DNA from: Patescibacteria group bacterium
GTDB lineage: Bacteria; Patescibacteriota; Microgenomatia; Levybacterales; UBA12049
DNA length: 64,000 bases
Assembly (NCBI GenBank): GCA_023484045.1
Contig: JAMDAA010000022.1
Span: 4,201-68,200 of the forward strand
Direction of reading: 5' to 3'
Shown here: positions 11,068-20,375 of the stretch, piece by piece
How positions within the stretch are numbered: the first letter of the stretch is position 1
How the letters are laid out: every line of letters starts with the position of its first letter
Program-made: the position numbers and the translations under genes
Notes under the pieces: generated by a model
What the model was told of the DNA's origin: nothing
Seen by the model: the letters and a program-made list of their open reading frames with translations, nothing else
Databases searched by the model: none

Positions 11068-11210
11068 ATATTAAATACATTCGATCCATTCGACTACAGC
11101 TCAGGATCGTACTGAGTGAAATCGAATGTACGACTTTGCTCAGTATTTAATCTCTTCGAGCCTGAGCGATCGAGGCCCTCAGAGCCGAAGGCCTGAGTTC
11201 ATCGAAGGAT
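11068..11210. repeat. intergenic palindromic element (MITE/REP-like), 2 parts
   Basis: Part 1 (about 11068-11147) has terminal inverted repeats TTAAATAC...GTATTTAA and an internal hairpin CTCAGgatcgtaCTGAG. Part 2 carries CCTGAGCGA..GCCGAAGG..TCGAAGGAT motifs that recur at 46119-46190 and 57851-57868. Confidence 0.5.
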
Positions 11211-11842
11211 TAAAATTTGTCAATTTCTGTCAACAACTGCTGATTTCTTATTGCCATTTGGGGATCGTCTAAAACATACCGCACAATTCCCCTTTTATCA
11301 AGAACTACATAAGTGTGTCCGGGAAGTTGTCCTTTATGCATTGAAGAAGGAAGAGAAAGCATGTTATAAGAAGCGGAAACTTTTTTATCAGTGTCAAAAA
11401 GAACAGCGGCGGAAGCGAGTTCCGGCATTTTTTCGATCGCCCCTTTCCAGTCATTTTTGGAGTCATTTACAATAGTTAATACTACTGTCTCTTTGCTTGG
11501 GAATTGGTTATCCTTTCCAAAAGCAGCGATCTGATCCCAACAAGCCGGATAACACATTAATCCTTCGCTAAAAAAGAGGATCACATTTTTACCTTTAAGA
11601 CTGCTTAAGGTAATCTTTTTCCCATCATAGCTTTCTAAAGTAAAATCAGGCGCAGGTTTACCAACTAAACTATTAAGAACCGCTGGAGCAGTAGACTGAT
11701 TGGCAGAGGAGCCTTGCCCGCCTAGCTGCGAGGCCGGTCCACTATTACCAGTTAGTAAAAAGGCTACGGCAACAACAATTACAGCTAAAACTACAAACCC
11801 TACTGTAATAATTAATCCTTCTTTATTTCTCATATAATTCAA
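11210..11842 (-). CDS. secreted thioredoxin-fold protein with CxxxC motif, paralog of 9522-10205
   Basis: 210 aa. Same VILFFSEGLMCYPACWDQIAAFGKD core. N-terminal TM anchor. Confidence 0.5.
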   Translation of the reverse strand: MNYMRNKEGLIITVGFVVLAVIVVAVAFLLTGNSGPASQLGGQGSSANQSTAPAVLNSLVGKPAPDFTLESYDGKKITLSSLKGKNVILFFSEGLMCYPACWDQIAAFGKDNQFPSKETVVLTIVNDSKNDWKGAIEKMPELASAAVLFDTDKKVSASYNMLSLPSSMHKGQLPGHTYVVLDKRGIVRYVLDDPQMAIRNQQLLTEIDKF

Positions 11843-11860
11843 ACAATCCGTTCCTTTATA

Positions 11861-12082
11861 TTAATGACAAGATTTACCGTTTCCTTTGGTATTATCCTTT
11901 TTTTTATGATCACCGTGACCCTTCATCATGAATAGATGCATCAACGGACAGGCTAAAAGAACAGCAAAGAAGAAGAGATTCCCTATAGATACTTTAAAAA
12001 CTGTGATTGCAACGACTGTTATCGCAAAAACAGCAATACAAATCATTAGTAGCTTGCCTTTAATAAATTTTAAAGATTCCAT
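11861..12082 (-). CDS. small membrane protein with His/Lys-rich C-terminal tail
   Basis: 73 aa. Two TM helices, then MKGHGDHKKKDNTKGNGKSCH, a possible metal-binding tail. Confidence 0.3.
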   Translation of the reverse strand: MESLKFIKGKLLMICIAVFAITVVAITVFKVSIGNLFFFAVLLACPLMHLFMMKGHGDHKKKDNTKGNGKSCH

Positions 12083-12516
12083 TTAAAACTCCTTTCGGAA
12101 ACCCCGCCGACATTTTTTATTTTTAGCTCTAAAGACTTAGGTCTTGGCGAAATAGGGTTAAATTTTAAAATTCCTTTGCGATGATGACCTCCTGAATTAT
12201 CGCCTTCCCAAGCCAACGGTTTGTATACATGATTTTGATTATCGATAAGTACAGATACGGTAACCAAATCTGCGGTCAGCTCTTCCGTGTGCGTATTTAA
12301 TACTACCTGAAAATCCCAACCGGACAATCCGTTATTTAAATCATTTGGAGTAACAATAACGGAGACCGGCCCTTCGTTGTTTTCCTTTGTTTCCAAATTG
12401 CTACTGCCAGGATTACTTGCACTCTTTGGATTTAAGTTTACAGAAAAACTGTTTTTGAGTGTAAAAGCTAAGATTATAAGCAATAAAACAATAAAAATAA
12501 TTACAATTTTTTTCAT
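12070..12516 (-). CDS. secreted protein of unknown function
   Basis: 148 aa with an N-terminal signal/TM. Confidence 0.35.
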   Translation of the reverse strand: MKKIVIIFIVLLLIILAFTLKNSFSVNLNPKSASNPGSSNLETKENNEGPVSVIVTPNDLNNGLSGWDFQVVLNTHTEELTADLVTVSVLIDNQNHVYKPLAWEGDNSGGHHRKGILKFNPISPRPKSLELKIKNVGGVSERSFKWNL

Positions 12517-12983
12517 AATTGGCCGGAAAATTTTACTATTCGATTCCCGATATAGAGTATTCCTAAAAGATTGAAGAACAAGCCGATCCAGAAGAATTTA
12601 ACTTGGTATTGACCAATAAAAGTAATTATTCCTGTTACTCCAAGAATCGGTAAGATATTTGTTAGATAATGAGCACAGCAGGAAACCATCGCAGCAGTAG
12701 AAGTCGTCCCTGAAACGCCTAAAACCCGTCCGGTTGAAGCCCGTTGTTTAACAATCCCTTTAAGGTAGTTGTATAGACTAAATTGGATTCCGAATCCCAG
12801 AGCGAGTAGGAGAATATAGTACCAAAATTCTGTAAATTGTTCCCAAGTAAAGTTCCACCCGGAAACAAGAGTCAAGATCAAAAAATATACAGATAAAAGG
12901 GTGAGGAATGCTAAGATTCCCTTAAACACTGATTTTTTCAAAACTCCTAAATTTACGATTAAATTACTCATCTTAAGAACCAA
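12513..12983 (-). CDS. membrane protein of unknown function
   Basis: 156-aa ORF with 4 hydrophobic helices. Confidence 0.35.
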   Translation of the reverse strand: MVLKMSNLIVNLGVLKKSVFKGILAFLTLLSVYFLILTLVSGWNFTWEQFTEFWYYILLLALGFGIQFSLYNYLKGIVKQRASTGRVLGVSGTTSTAAMVSCCAHYLTNILPILGVTGIITFIGQYQVKFFWIGLFFNLLGILYIGNRIVKFSGQL

Positions 12984-13027
12984 TAATTTAGTTTAGCATA
13001 AAAGATACTACAATGTGTAGTACTAAT

Positions 13028-13672
13028 TTAGAGATGCGTTAAAATTGATTTTAAAAATTTGATCGACGGTAAAAAGGCAGGGGTATTTTTAAGGTAATGC
13101 CGATATTGAGGATATTTTTGTAAGACATCTTTTTCTTCCTTTCGGGCAAGCCTTATATACATGAAAGTTAAGATTGGTGCCATGATTAAGGTCGGAAGAG
13201 TTGGCCATTGCATTAAAAATCCGAGAATAATAATTATAAAACCGACATATTGTGGATGCCTTATGTATTTATAGGGCCCAGTCCTGGCGATAGTTTGGTT
13301 TTTTGTAGCCTGATAAAGTATGTTCCAGGACGCGCTGATTAAAATTAGTCCTCCAATAATTAACGCATAGCTTAAAATATGTAGGATGCTAAAATGTGGA
13401 TCACCTGTATTACCTAATAGATCTTCCCACAAATGCCCGGAATTATGGGAAAAATTTATCTGCGGAAACCTGTTCCCTGACAACGAAGAAAGTAGGTAGA
13501 TAGTGAGCGGAAAACCATACATCTCAGTAAACAAAGCAATAATAAAAGCAGAGAAGGCTCCAAATGACCGCCAATCAACACCTGTTTTAGGTTTAAAAGC
13601 ACCATAAGCAAACCAGAGAAATAATCCACTTAGTGCTATTGCTATAAACCAATTTCCGTATGCATATTCCAT
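13028..13672 (-). CDS. membrane methyltransferase of the ICMT/PEMT-like family
   Basis: 214 aa. TGPYKYIRHPQYVGFII matches the RHPxY.G motif of isoprenylcysteine carboxyl methyltransferase-like proteins. Confidence 0.55.
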   Translation of the reverse strand: MEYAYGNWFIAIALSGLFLWFAYGAFKPKTGVDWRSFGAFSAFIIALFTEMYGFPLTIYLLSSLSGNRFPQINFSHNSGHLWEDLLGNTGDPHFSILHILSYALIIGGLILISASWNILYQATKNQTIARTGPYKYIRHPQYVGFIIIILGFLMQWPTLPTLIMAPILTFMYIRLARKEEKDVLQKYPQYRHYLKNTPAFLPSIKFLKSILTHL

Positions 13673-13752
13673 AAGTTGATTTTCATCCTAAAAGGACAGA
13701 TTTTATTATAACAAATACTTACTACAATATGTAGTAATCAAAGCCTTGTAAA

Positions 13753-15165
13753 TTATGCGGGATTCTTTAAAGTTGGTAGTGTTACAATAACCGTAGTTCC
13801 TTTACCCATCTTACTATTTACATTTACTATTCCATTATGAGCTTTTATGATTCCTTGAGTTATCGCTAATCCTAATCCTGACCCTTTATTTGTATATAAC
13901 GTTACTCCCCTATAAAATGGTTCAAAAATATACGGTAAATCTTCTCGAGTAATACCGATACCATTGTCTTGTACTTTTACAATAACATTATTTTTATTAT
14001 GTAGAGTTATACGTATATAACCATGTTTAGGCGTAAATTTAATAGCATTATCGATAATGTTCAAAATAGCCCTGGCGAGCTTGTCTTTTTCTCCAAAAAG
14101 TTTAACTCCGCCGGTTATATCTCCGCTGATTGTAATATCCTTTGAAAGGGACATTTTTTTCGCTACATCCTGCAACTCCGCAATAAACTCGGAAAAGTCA
14201 AAGACCCTGCCTTGGACTTTAACATTTTCTGCTTTTGACCATGCCAGTTCGAGTATTTTATTGAACATTATTGAAGCTTTTTTTATGTCAATGAGCATTT
14301 CAGAAAATACTTTTTTATATTCTTTGGCCGATCTCTTCTTAGATAAAATTAGTTCGACACTACTTTGAAGAATTGCCAAAGGTGTTTTTAATTCATGAGT
14401 CACGTTAACAATAAATTGGTGTTCTCTTTTAAGCGCTTCTCTTAAGCGGTCGAGAAGTTCATTAAAAGTCTTTGTCAACTCTTCGATTTCATCTCCAGTG
14501 TGGGAATTTATAATTTGTTCTTCCAAATTCTCCATCTCAATTTTTTTCAATTTATTGGATAAAGCAGCCACTGGTTGCATACCAATATTGGCGAGGAAAT
14601 ATCCACCTAAAATAGTTAAAATGGACAAACCAAGGAATACGGCTCCCATAATAGTTAACAACCTATTTAAAGACATTTGAATAATATCTATCGGATGTGC
14701 GATGAGCACTACTCCATTAAATTTGTCATTTTTCTCGATGGGAGAAACTAAGAAGCGCATAGTCGAGCCATTTATATCCTGATCATTGAAAAATGGCTTT
14801 TTTGTATCCAAAGCAAGATTGAAAAGCTTTTTGAATAATTTGTTTTTAGGGTCGATCCCCACTGTGCCACTAATCGTTTGTCCCGAACTATCCATAATTA
14901 CTACAAGCATACCGGGGATCGCGCTAAATTCTTGCAAAAATCCCTGATCGGCAAGATATTGATGCATGCCAATATTTTGCTTTTTTACAATCTCGACGAC
15001 TTTACTTGCGTGAGAAGAAAGAATATTATCAGTGTAATTAAAAAGTGTCTGCTTTGTAATAATATAAAAACTACTAAAAATTATCGCCATGGATAAGTAA
15101 AGGGCGGATGTATACCAGAGGGTCATGCGGAATCTTAAACTTTTCCTATTCATGTGCTTTTGCAA
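13753..15165 (-). CDS. two-component sensor histidine kinase (no adjacent response regulator)
   Basis: 470 aa. Two TM helices flank a periplasmic domain. H-box NVTHELKTPLA. HATPase N and G boxes (DNAIKFT, DNGIGI, GSGLGLAI). Paralog of 20797-22206. Confidence 0.85.
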   Translation of the reverse strand: MQKHMNRKSLRFRMTLWYTSALYLSMAIIFSSFYIITKQTLFNYTDNILSSHASKVVEIVKKQNIGMHQYLADQGFLQEFSAIPGMLVVIMDSSGQTISGTVGIDPKNKLFKKLFNLALDTKKPFFNDQDINGSTMRFLVSPIEKNDKFNGVVLIAHPIDIIQMSLNRLLTIMGAVFLGLSILTILGGYFLANIGMQPVAALSNKLKKIEMENLEEQIINSHTGDEIEELTKTFNELLDRLREALKREHQFIVNVTHELKTPLAILQSSVELILSKKRSAKEYKKVFSEMLIDIKKASIMFNKILELAWSKAENVKVQGRVFDFSEFIAELQDVAKKMSLSKDITISGDITGGVKLFGEKDKLARAILNIIDNAIKFTPKHGYIRITLHNKNNVIVKVQDNGIGITREDLPYIFEPFYRGVTLYTNKGSGLGLAITQGIIKAHNGIVNVNSKMGKGTTVIVTLPTLKNPA

Positions 15166-15217
15166 GTATATATAACAAAGATTAAAATGTTATTAAGATT
15201 TTTATTGCATATTTTTA

Positions 15218-15745
15218 TTAGCATTGTTCGCTGACCTTACAAATATAATCTGTCAATTGCTGCTTATCTAAGAAGCCGTAAGCCGGAGGTTTTTCTACCC
15301 CTTTTGCGGTAAAAATAAATGTAGGGACACCGGAGATCTGATACTTCTTTGCGTCTTCAACGCAAGATTCCAACTCATACCACTCTCCATAAAAAAGATC
15401 CCCGTACTCCGGTAAAATCTGATCCAAAACTTTATTTTGGGTAACACAGTAGGGACACGTTTCGGATTCAAACAACTTAAACTTTAAGGAGGCGTCAGGG
15501 TTGCCGGCCTTTATATTAGGGCAGCTTTTTTCTCCGAGCACAATTTTCTTACTAAATTGCGCATTAACTACTCGGAGAGGCTTATCTGCCGCTTTCTCGA
15601 TTTGAGTAATATCTTGATTAGCCTTTTTAATGCCTAGATTAACAAAAACATTGAAACCAATAAATAATGTTACTAACACCACTAAAAATAACGGGGTCCT
15701 TTTAAAAATTTGTTGGTCAGTCCAAATAATTTTTGGTAAGCTCAT
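15218..15745 (-). CDS. membrane-anchored thioredoxin-like protein (CPYC active site)
   Basis: Real start is probably the Met at 15745; the longer ORF upstream overlaps the ccdA-like gene. ETCPYCV CxxC and cis-Pro GVPTFIF. Confidence 0.6.
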   Translation of the reverse strand: MSLPKIIWTDQQIFKRTPLFLVVLVTLFIGFNVFVNLGIKKANQDITQIEKAADKPLRVVNAQFSKKIVLGEKSCPNIKAGNPDASLKFKLFESETCPYCVTQNKVLDQILPEYGDLFYGEWYELESCVEDAKKYQISGVPTFIFTAKGVEKPPAYGFLDKQQLTDYICKVSEQC

Positions 15746-16419
15746 ATCGAAATTACCTGTAGCGCTAAATAGATTAAATAAATGCCAGCCAAAAGAATTA
15801 ACACTCCAGCGCTTTTTTGAATTTTCACCATATACTTTGCTAAAAAGTTGCGCATTGCGCTCTTCGATAAAGAAGATATAAGAGAAAATACGATCATAAG
15901 GCTCGACATCGCCAAAGCATAAACGGCAAAATTGATTATTCCTCCAAATATTCCTTCTTGAGCAAACGACTGGAAAATTACAAGCAGAAAAATTGGTAAA
16001 GTACATCCTAATGCCCCAAAGGCATAGGCTACACCGAAGAGGTAAAATCGTTTTCCTCCATTTGATTTGGTTTGGATACAAAGCGGTGGTTTGATGGCAA
16101 ATTCATAACCGAGCAATGTTGACGACCCCATAAATACAAGTAATCCACCAGTAAAAAGTTCGATCCAGGGAAATACTGGAGTAATAAGACGGCCGAAAAT
16201 GGTAACAATGATTCCGAAGGCAATATAAGCAGTTATTAGTCCCAGACTTGCCAGGCTGCCTGCTTTAAGCCCAAAAAGAAGTTGCTGTATCCGATTGCTA
16301 CCTCCTGTTTCGTGTTTAACACAGTAACCGACATACGCCGGGATTAAGGCAACACTGCACGGTGCAAAGAAAGCTTGCAGGCCCGCCAGAAATGAGAAGG
16401 AAACTAAAATTGGATTCAT
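15742..16419 (-). CDS. ccdA: CcdA/DsbD-family transmembrane thiol-disulfide transporter
   Basis: 225 aa. FFAPCSVALIPAYVGY in TM1 and a second Cys in ALGCTLPIF. Overlaps the downstream thioredoxin-like gene by 4 nt. Confidence 0.7.
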   Translation of the reverse strand: MNPILVSFSFLAGLQAFFAPCSVALIPAYVGYCVKHETGGSNRIQQLLFGLKAGSLASLGLITAYIAFGIIVTIFGRLITPVFPWIELFTGGLLVFMGSSTLLGYEFAIKPPLCIQTKSNGGKRFYLFGVAYAFGALGCTLPIFLLVIFQSFAQEGIFGGIINFAVYALAMSSLMIVFSLISSLSKSAMRNFLAKYMVKIQKSAGVLILLAGIYLIYLALQVISI

Positions 16420-16424
16420 CTTCT

Positions 16425-16742
16425 TTATTTGCCATTCTTTTTTGTAATATTTATACTTATGGAAAAAGGTTTATTCAAAGTGCCAGACGAGCTCATTTTC
16501 CACATCAGGAATTGATTGAATAAAAACCCTCCGATGATTATTGCTAGAAGGATCGCAGAAATGGATATTTTGGGATAGGAAATTTTAGCAGTTGGAACTT
16601 GCTTTGAAACCTTAAGTTTAGATATCTCCTCGTCTGAGATAAAAATTTTCTTAAAATTTCGAAAGAAAAAGAGGTAAATTATTCCTCCGAGTATTAAGGT
16701 CACACCTAAAAATAGGAAGAAATCGCTGTAATCGCTAATCAT
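16425..16742 (-). CDS. small membrane protein
   Basis: 105 aa, two TM helices. Confidence 0.3.
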   Translation of the reverse strand: MISDYSDFFLFLGVTLILGGIIYLFFFRNFKKIFISDEEISKLKVSKQVPTAKISYPKISISAILLAIIIGGFLFNQFLMWKMSSSGTLNKPFSISINITKKNGK

Positions 16743-17536
16743 TTTTTTAATCCGTGCATGCCATCTGAACCCGCCCCGCCGTGTGACTCGTGAGGTAATG
16801 CGCTTCCATTTCCGGTGGCTAACAGATAATCTTCAAGCATTCCTTTTGGATACCAAAGAGCATACCAGCGATGAGATTCACCAACAAGTTGCTCATCTGA
16901 ATATTTGTCACCATAATTTAAAATCATATAGCGGTAAAAGCCACGGACTGCCTTTGCGTGGGCGCAACCACAATTTTTATTCATTGTTACGTTGTTAGGT
17001 CCACCGCAGCAGTAGCTACAAGTCATCAGAAAAGTAATAAGTTTTTGGAACCTCGTCTCTTGTTCAGTTGGGAGCCTTATTGACGCTTCAAATGCTCCCC
17101 ATTTTTTTTGGGCGTTTACCGGATCGTCGAAAGAAATATCCTCGGGGGCATAGAACGGTTTACCCGTTGCCATCATCACTACCTTGGCATCAGAAAGCGC
17201 ATTTCCGCTATGGGGGTTAGCCATAACATCGGTAATTGTTGGCCATTCAACAAGTGAAGTAGTTTTTCCATCAGGGTTTACTTTTGGGGCAATAATTGTC
17301 TTAAAAGTATCGGTTTTCATACCTAAAAACGAAGCAATAAATCCTCCCGACGAAACCATCCCCATTGCCATTGCTACTCGAGTAATCATTAACTGATTAA
17401 ATAGAAAAAGAATTATTAAAAGCGGGATCAAAATTTCTTGAAGAGGTAAAATAATAACTGTTCTTGGCGTTTTAGTCACGGCCGTACGGCGGTTGATCGC
17501 TGGAATCATTTTTAACCTGTTTAATATATTTTTCAT
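16739..17536 (-). CDS. secreted Cys/Met/His-rich protein (PCYCGC-like motif), candidate metal-binding
   Basis: 265 aa with an N-terminal TM. MAMGMVSSGG, CSYCCGGPNN..NCGCAH, C-terminal HESHGGAGSDGMHG. Confidence 0.4.
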   Translation of the reverse strand: MKNILNRLKMIPAINRRTAVTKTPRTVIILPLQEILIPLLIILFLFNQLMITRVAMAMGMVSSGGFIASFLGMKTDTFKTIIAPKVNPDGKTTSLVEWPTITDVMANPHSGNALSDAKVVMMATGKPFYAPEDISFDDPVNAQKKWGAFEASIRLPTEQETRFQKLITFLMTCSYCCGGPNNVTMNKNCGCAHAKAVRGFYRYMILNYGDKYSDEQLVGESHRWYALWYPKGMLEDYLLATGNGSALPHESHGGAGSDGMHGLKK

Positions 17537-17548
17537 ATTTTTATATCT

Positions 17549-18835
17549 TCACTTTGTTGGATTAGGACTCGGCTTTGCAGGCCGAATTATTTGGTTATTA
17601 GTTAAATCTTTGTAAGTAATGTTTCCGAGCTGATTAAACCCTGTAAAAATATACCAACCGTCTGATCCAACTGTTCCTACACTTTTCCAGACATTTTTGA
17701 GATTTGTATACTGATCGGCTTCAGGAGATATTAAAATAGTCGGAACTTTGGTAATGCCATATTGCGCCAGCAAACTTTTTCCCTCCGTAGACGATATGTC
17801 TACCAAACGCTCTGAACGTAAAGCAACTCCGTACCCCTGGGTCAGAATTGGTTTTTGAATATCTTGTACCTTATAACAATCAGTACAACTTGAATCGGTA
17901 AGATAGATTAGATCAACAAGACCTACGATTTGTCCTTTTATTAAGTCTCGATACGGCAACGGAAGATTTCTAGCAATATAAGTCTTATCCTTTTCAACTG
18001 TACCAAAGTTTGGCCAATTACTTTTTAGGCTATCGTATAGATCAAATTCGGGTGAAAAGATAAAGGTCGGGATTTTAGTTATTTTATATTGGTTAATTGC
18101 ACTTTGACCATCTAAAGAGTTCCAGGCAAGCTCCTTTGTTTCCTTTACTTTAACACCCGCCTTTTTGAAATTTTCGATTATTGTTTTTAGGTCTACGCAT
18201 TGGGAACAAAATGAATCCGTGATCAGAGTAACTGTAACCTTTCCCATTTCTTGTCCGGTCCCCGTGTCGATAAATATAGGCGCTAATTTTGTAAATATAA
18301 AAGTATTGTTTTTAACCTCCCCGTTACTTTTAACAAAACCTTCTAAATTATTTTTAGTTACTTCACCCGTAATAAGATATGTCGGAACCTTTTTAATAGC
18401 AAACTGTTTAATAAAAGCTCTGGCTTCGGGTGAATCAAATACCTGGGTTTTCTCCCCTTCTACTTTAACGTTTAACTTCTTAAAACCGAAAACAGCATCG
18501 TCGACATTAAAACAATTCTTACAGTTAGGAGTGGTAATTTTAATAATTTTAATATTAGCAGGCCTTGCGGCTTCCTTTGCAGCAGCAATATTTTTATTAA
18601 TGACAGCGAGTGTCTTTGTAGAAACAAGCGCGCCGGCAATAGTTACTAAAAGAGTTATATATAAAATTATCTTCGGCCATGAAATATTAAGCCTCTTCCT
18701 ATTAGGAACAACATCCGACCTTATACTAGACACAACATCTTTTTTGTTCATAACATATAGACAGTCCGCTTTAACTTTAACAACCTCCAACCATTGATTG
18801 CGGTACATTGGCATTGCTTCCCGTACCAGTTCCAC
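17549..18835 (-). CDS. membrane-anchored protein with three tandem thioredoxin-like domains
   Basis: 428 aa. Three CxxC motifs (CKNC, CSQC, CTDC), each followed about 50 aa later by a K(V/I)PT cis-Pro motif. Confidence 0.55.
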   Translation of the reverse strand: MELVREAMPMYRNQWLEVVKVKADCLYVMNKKDVVSSIRSDVVPNRKRLNISWPKIILYITLLVTIAGALVSTKTLAVINKNIAAAKEAARPANIKIIKITTPNCKNCFNVDDAVFGFKKLNVKVEGEKTQVFDSPEARAFIKQFAIKKVPTYLITGEVTKNNLEGFVKSNGEVKNNTFIFTKLAPIFIDTGTGQEMGKVTVTLITDSFCSQCVDLKTIIENFKKAGVKVKETKELAWNSLDGQSAINQYKITKIPTFIFSPEFDLYDSLKSNWPNFGTVEKDKTYIARNLPLPYRDLIKGQIVGLVDLIYLTDSSCTDCYKVQDIQKPILTQGYGVALRSERLVDISSTEGKSLLAQYGITKVPTILISPEADQYTNLKNVWKSVGTVGSDGWYIFTGFNQLGNITYKDLTNNQIIRPAKPSPNPTK

Positions 18836-19052
18836 TATTTGTGGTTGTAGCAGCTGGAACAGTATTTACCGAAGCCGAGCTGGCTTTGGAACTTATACGC
18901 ACCAATTGGACGGTTTGAAAAATAGTAATTACGGCTATAAGTCCCAATACTACAATTTGTAGGTTAGGTTTTGGGACGCGCAATACTACATTATTTTCTT
19001 GACTTGGGTTTTGATGTACTGCGTTTGTTTTTAATCGTTGATTTTCTGTCAT
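18777..19052 (-). CDS. small TM protein with Ser/Thr/Gly-rich tail ending in Cys
   Basis: About 91 aa from the ATG. Strong upstream RBS AAAGGGGGTG. Overlaps the start of the downstream gene. Confidence 0.3.
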   Translation of the reverse strand: MTENQRLKTNAVHQNPSQENNVVLRVPKPNLQIVVLGLIAVITIFQTVQLVRISSKASSASVNTVPAATTTNSGTGTGSNANVPQSMVGGC

Positions 19053-19284
19053 AAGCACCCCCTTTCATTAGAAATAGTTTACGATTCGGCTTTGCCGGAG
19101 AGTAATTACTATTTCTTATGCCCTCCGAATAAACGCTCCTTGAGCCGCAGTAGAAATCTACTAAGGCAAAAGGTAAGTTATGGAGGGCTTTCTCATCTCT
19201 ACTACTTAGTGTAGTAGACTGCTTGTAATTTTGTCAATACCTTTAGTAAACTCAGTATTGTTTTTGACGTGAGGAATTGACCGG

Positions 19285-20367
19285 TTAGCGGTTAAGAAGT
19301 GGTGTTTGATATTTAAAAGCTTGTGTAGTAAGTAAGGGGCGGCTTACATTTTTGGGATCGTCGTCACACTTCTTTTCCGGTAAAAACAAATGGGCTGGGA
19401 TGTAATTTGTTGACTGCTCAAAATAAGGATGACATTGTTTGGAACAAGATTGATTATCTGAACACAGAAAATAAGTAGAGTCTGACTTTGAATCCATATG
19501 AAAGGCACTAACTGGTGTTTGTAACAAAAACCAACTAAAAAAAATGAATAAAAAAGTCGTTATAAAGCTTACTGATGAGAGTCTTAATCTATGTTTTGTT
19601 CCCGGATTTACTAAACGATTGATTCTGATTTCAAAATAATCAGGACCGGAAGCGTTAGAAACGGTAGAGAAATTGAGCTGGGGCGAGGCTAAGATCTTTT
19701 TAAGCGCACCGCGCAGGAAGGTAGAGTTTTGCTGGCGACTTATCGTCCATTGATCTGCTAATAATTCATTGACGGCCTCTATATTTTTATGGAGGTCGGC
19801 AAAGATCGGTAAAAAGAAAAACATCGAAGAAAACGTTTTTCCGATAAGTACCTTAACAGGATCTCGACTTAGCAGATGAGATTGTTCGTGAAGTAAAACT
19901 GCTTCTAATTCTTTATCCGTTAAGGATTGAACTAGACCTGTGGTAACCACAATATGTGGTGAAAAAATACCGCAACAAAAAGAAAATAAATTATTATCGT
20001 TAACCAAAATCACTTTATTTGTAAGACCTAATTTGTCTAAAACTTTTGCTAAGTATAAAGTTGTATTAACCCTATTCATAAGTAATTTTCTTATGAAGAT
20101 TTTCGTTTTAATAAGTTGCAATATGAAAGACAAAAGGCCTGTTCCCAAAACAACTCCGATTGCTAAAATAAACACATTAGGGAGCGAACGGGGAACTTCA
20201 AGCATAACATTAGAAATAAATTTCTGGCAGAGAAAGAGATTTTTTGAGGTAAATAAAGGAGACGCCTTATTTAAAAGAGCGATTGCAACCGAGCTGACGG
20301 TTAGCGCAGAGAAGATTAAAATATAAAAGCTATAGTTAATTCTTTTCATATTCAAGCAAAACGGCAA
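19285..20367 (-). CDS. BlaR1/MecR1-like M56 family membrane metalloprotease signal transducer with Cys-rich extracytoplasmic C-terminus
   Basis: 360 aa. HEQSHLLSRD (HExxH in the M56 context) after 4 TM helices. C-terminal domain CSDNQSCSKQCHPYF...KKCDDD. Confidence 0.75.
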   Translation of the reverse strand: MPFCLNMKRINYSFYILIFSALTVSSVAIALLNKASPLFTSKNLFLCQKFISNVMLEVPRSLPNVFILAIGVVLGTGLLSFILQLIKTKIFIRKLLMNRVNTTLYLAKVLDKLGLTNKVILVNDNNLFSFCCGIFSPHIVVTTGLVQSLTDKELEAVLLHEQSHLLSRDPVKVLIGKTFSSMFFFLPIFADLHKNIEAVNELLADQWTISRQQNSTFLRGALKKILASPQLNFSTVSNASGPDYFEIRINRLVNPGTKHRLRLSSVSFITTFLFIFFSWFLLQTPVSAFHMDSKSDSTYFLCSDNQSCSKQCHPYFEQSTNYIPAHLFLPEKKCDDDPKNVSRPLLTTQAFKYQTPLLNR

Positions 20368-20375
20368 ATTTTGGT

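Noticed and set aside
15746-16081. N-terminal 112 codons of the 287-aa ORF 15218-16081
   Set aside because: They overlap the CcdA-like gene on the same strand in another frame. The thioredoxin-like protein has an internal Met with a TM segment at 15745, forming a 4-nt ATGA overlap with the ccdA stop.
18777-19052. 91-aa peptide with Ser/Thr/Gly-rich tail ending GGC considered as a RiPP precursor
   Set aside because: No adjacent modification enzymes (radical SAM, YcaO, LanM-type) are present. More simply a small membrane protein of the thiol-redox operon.
19940-20326. 128-aa antisense ORF within the BlaR1-like gene
   Set aside because: Fully embedded antisense in a well-supported M56 protease gene.
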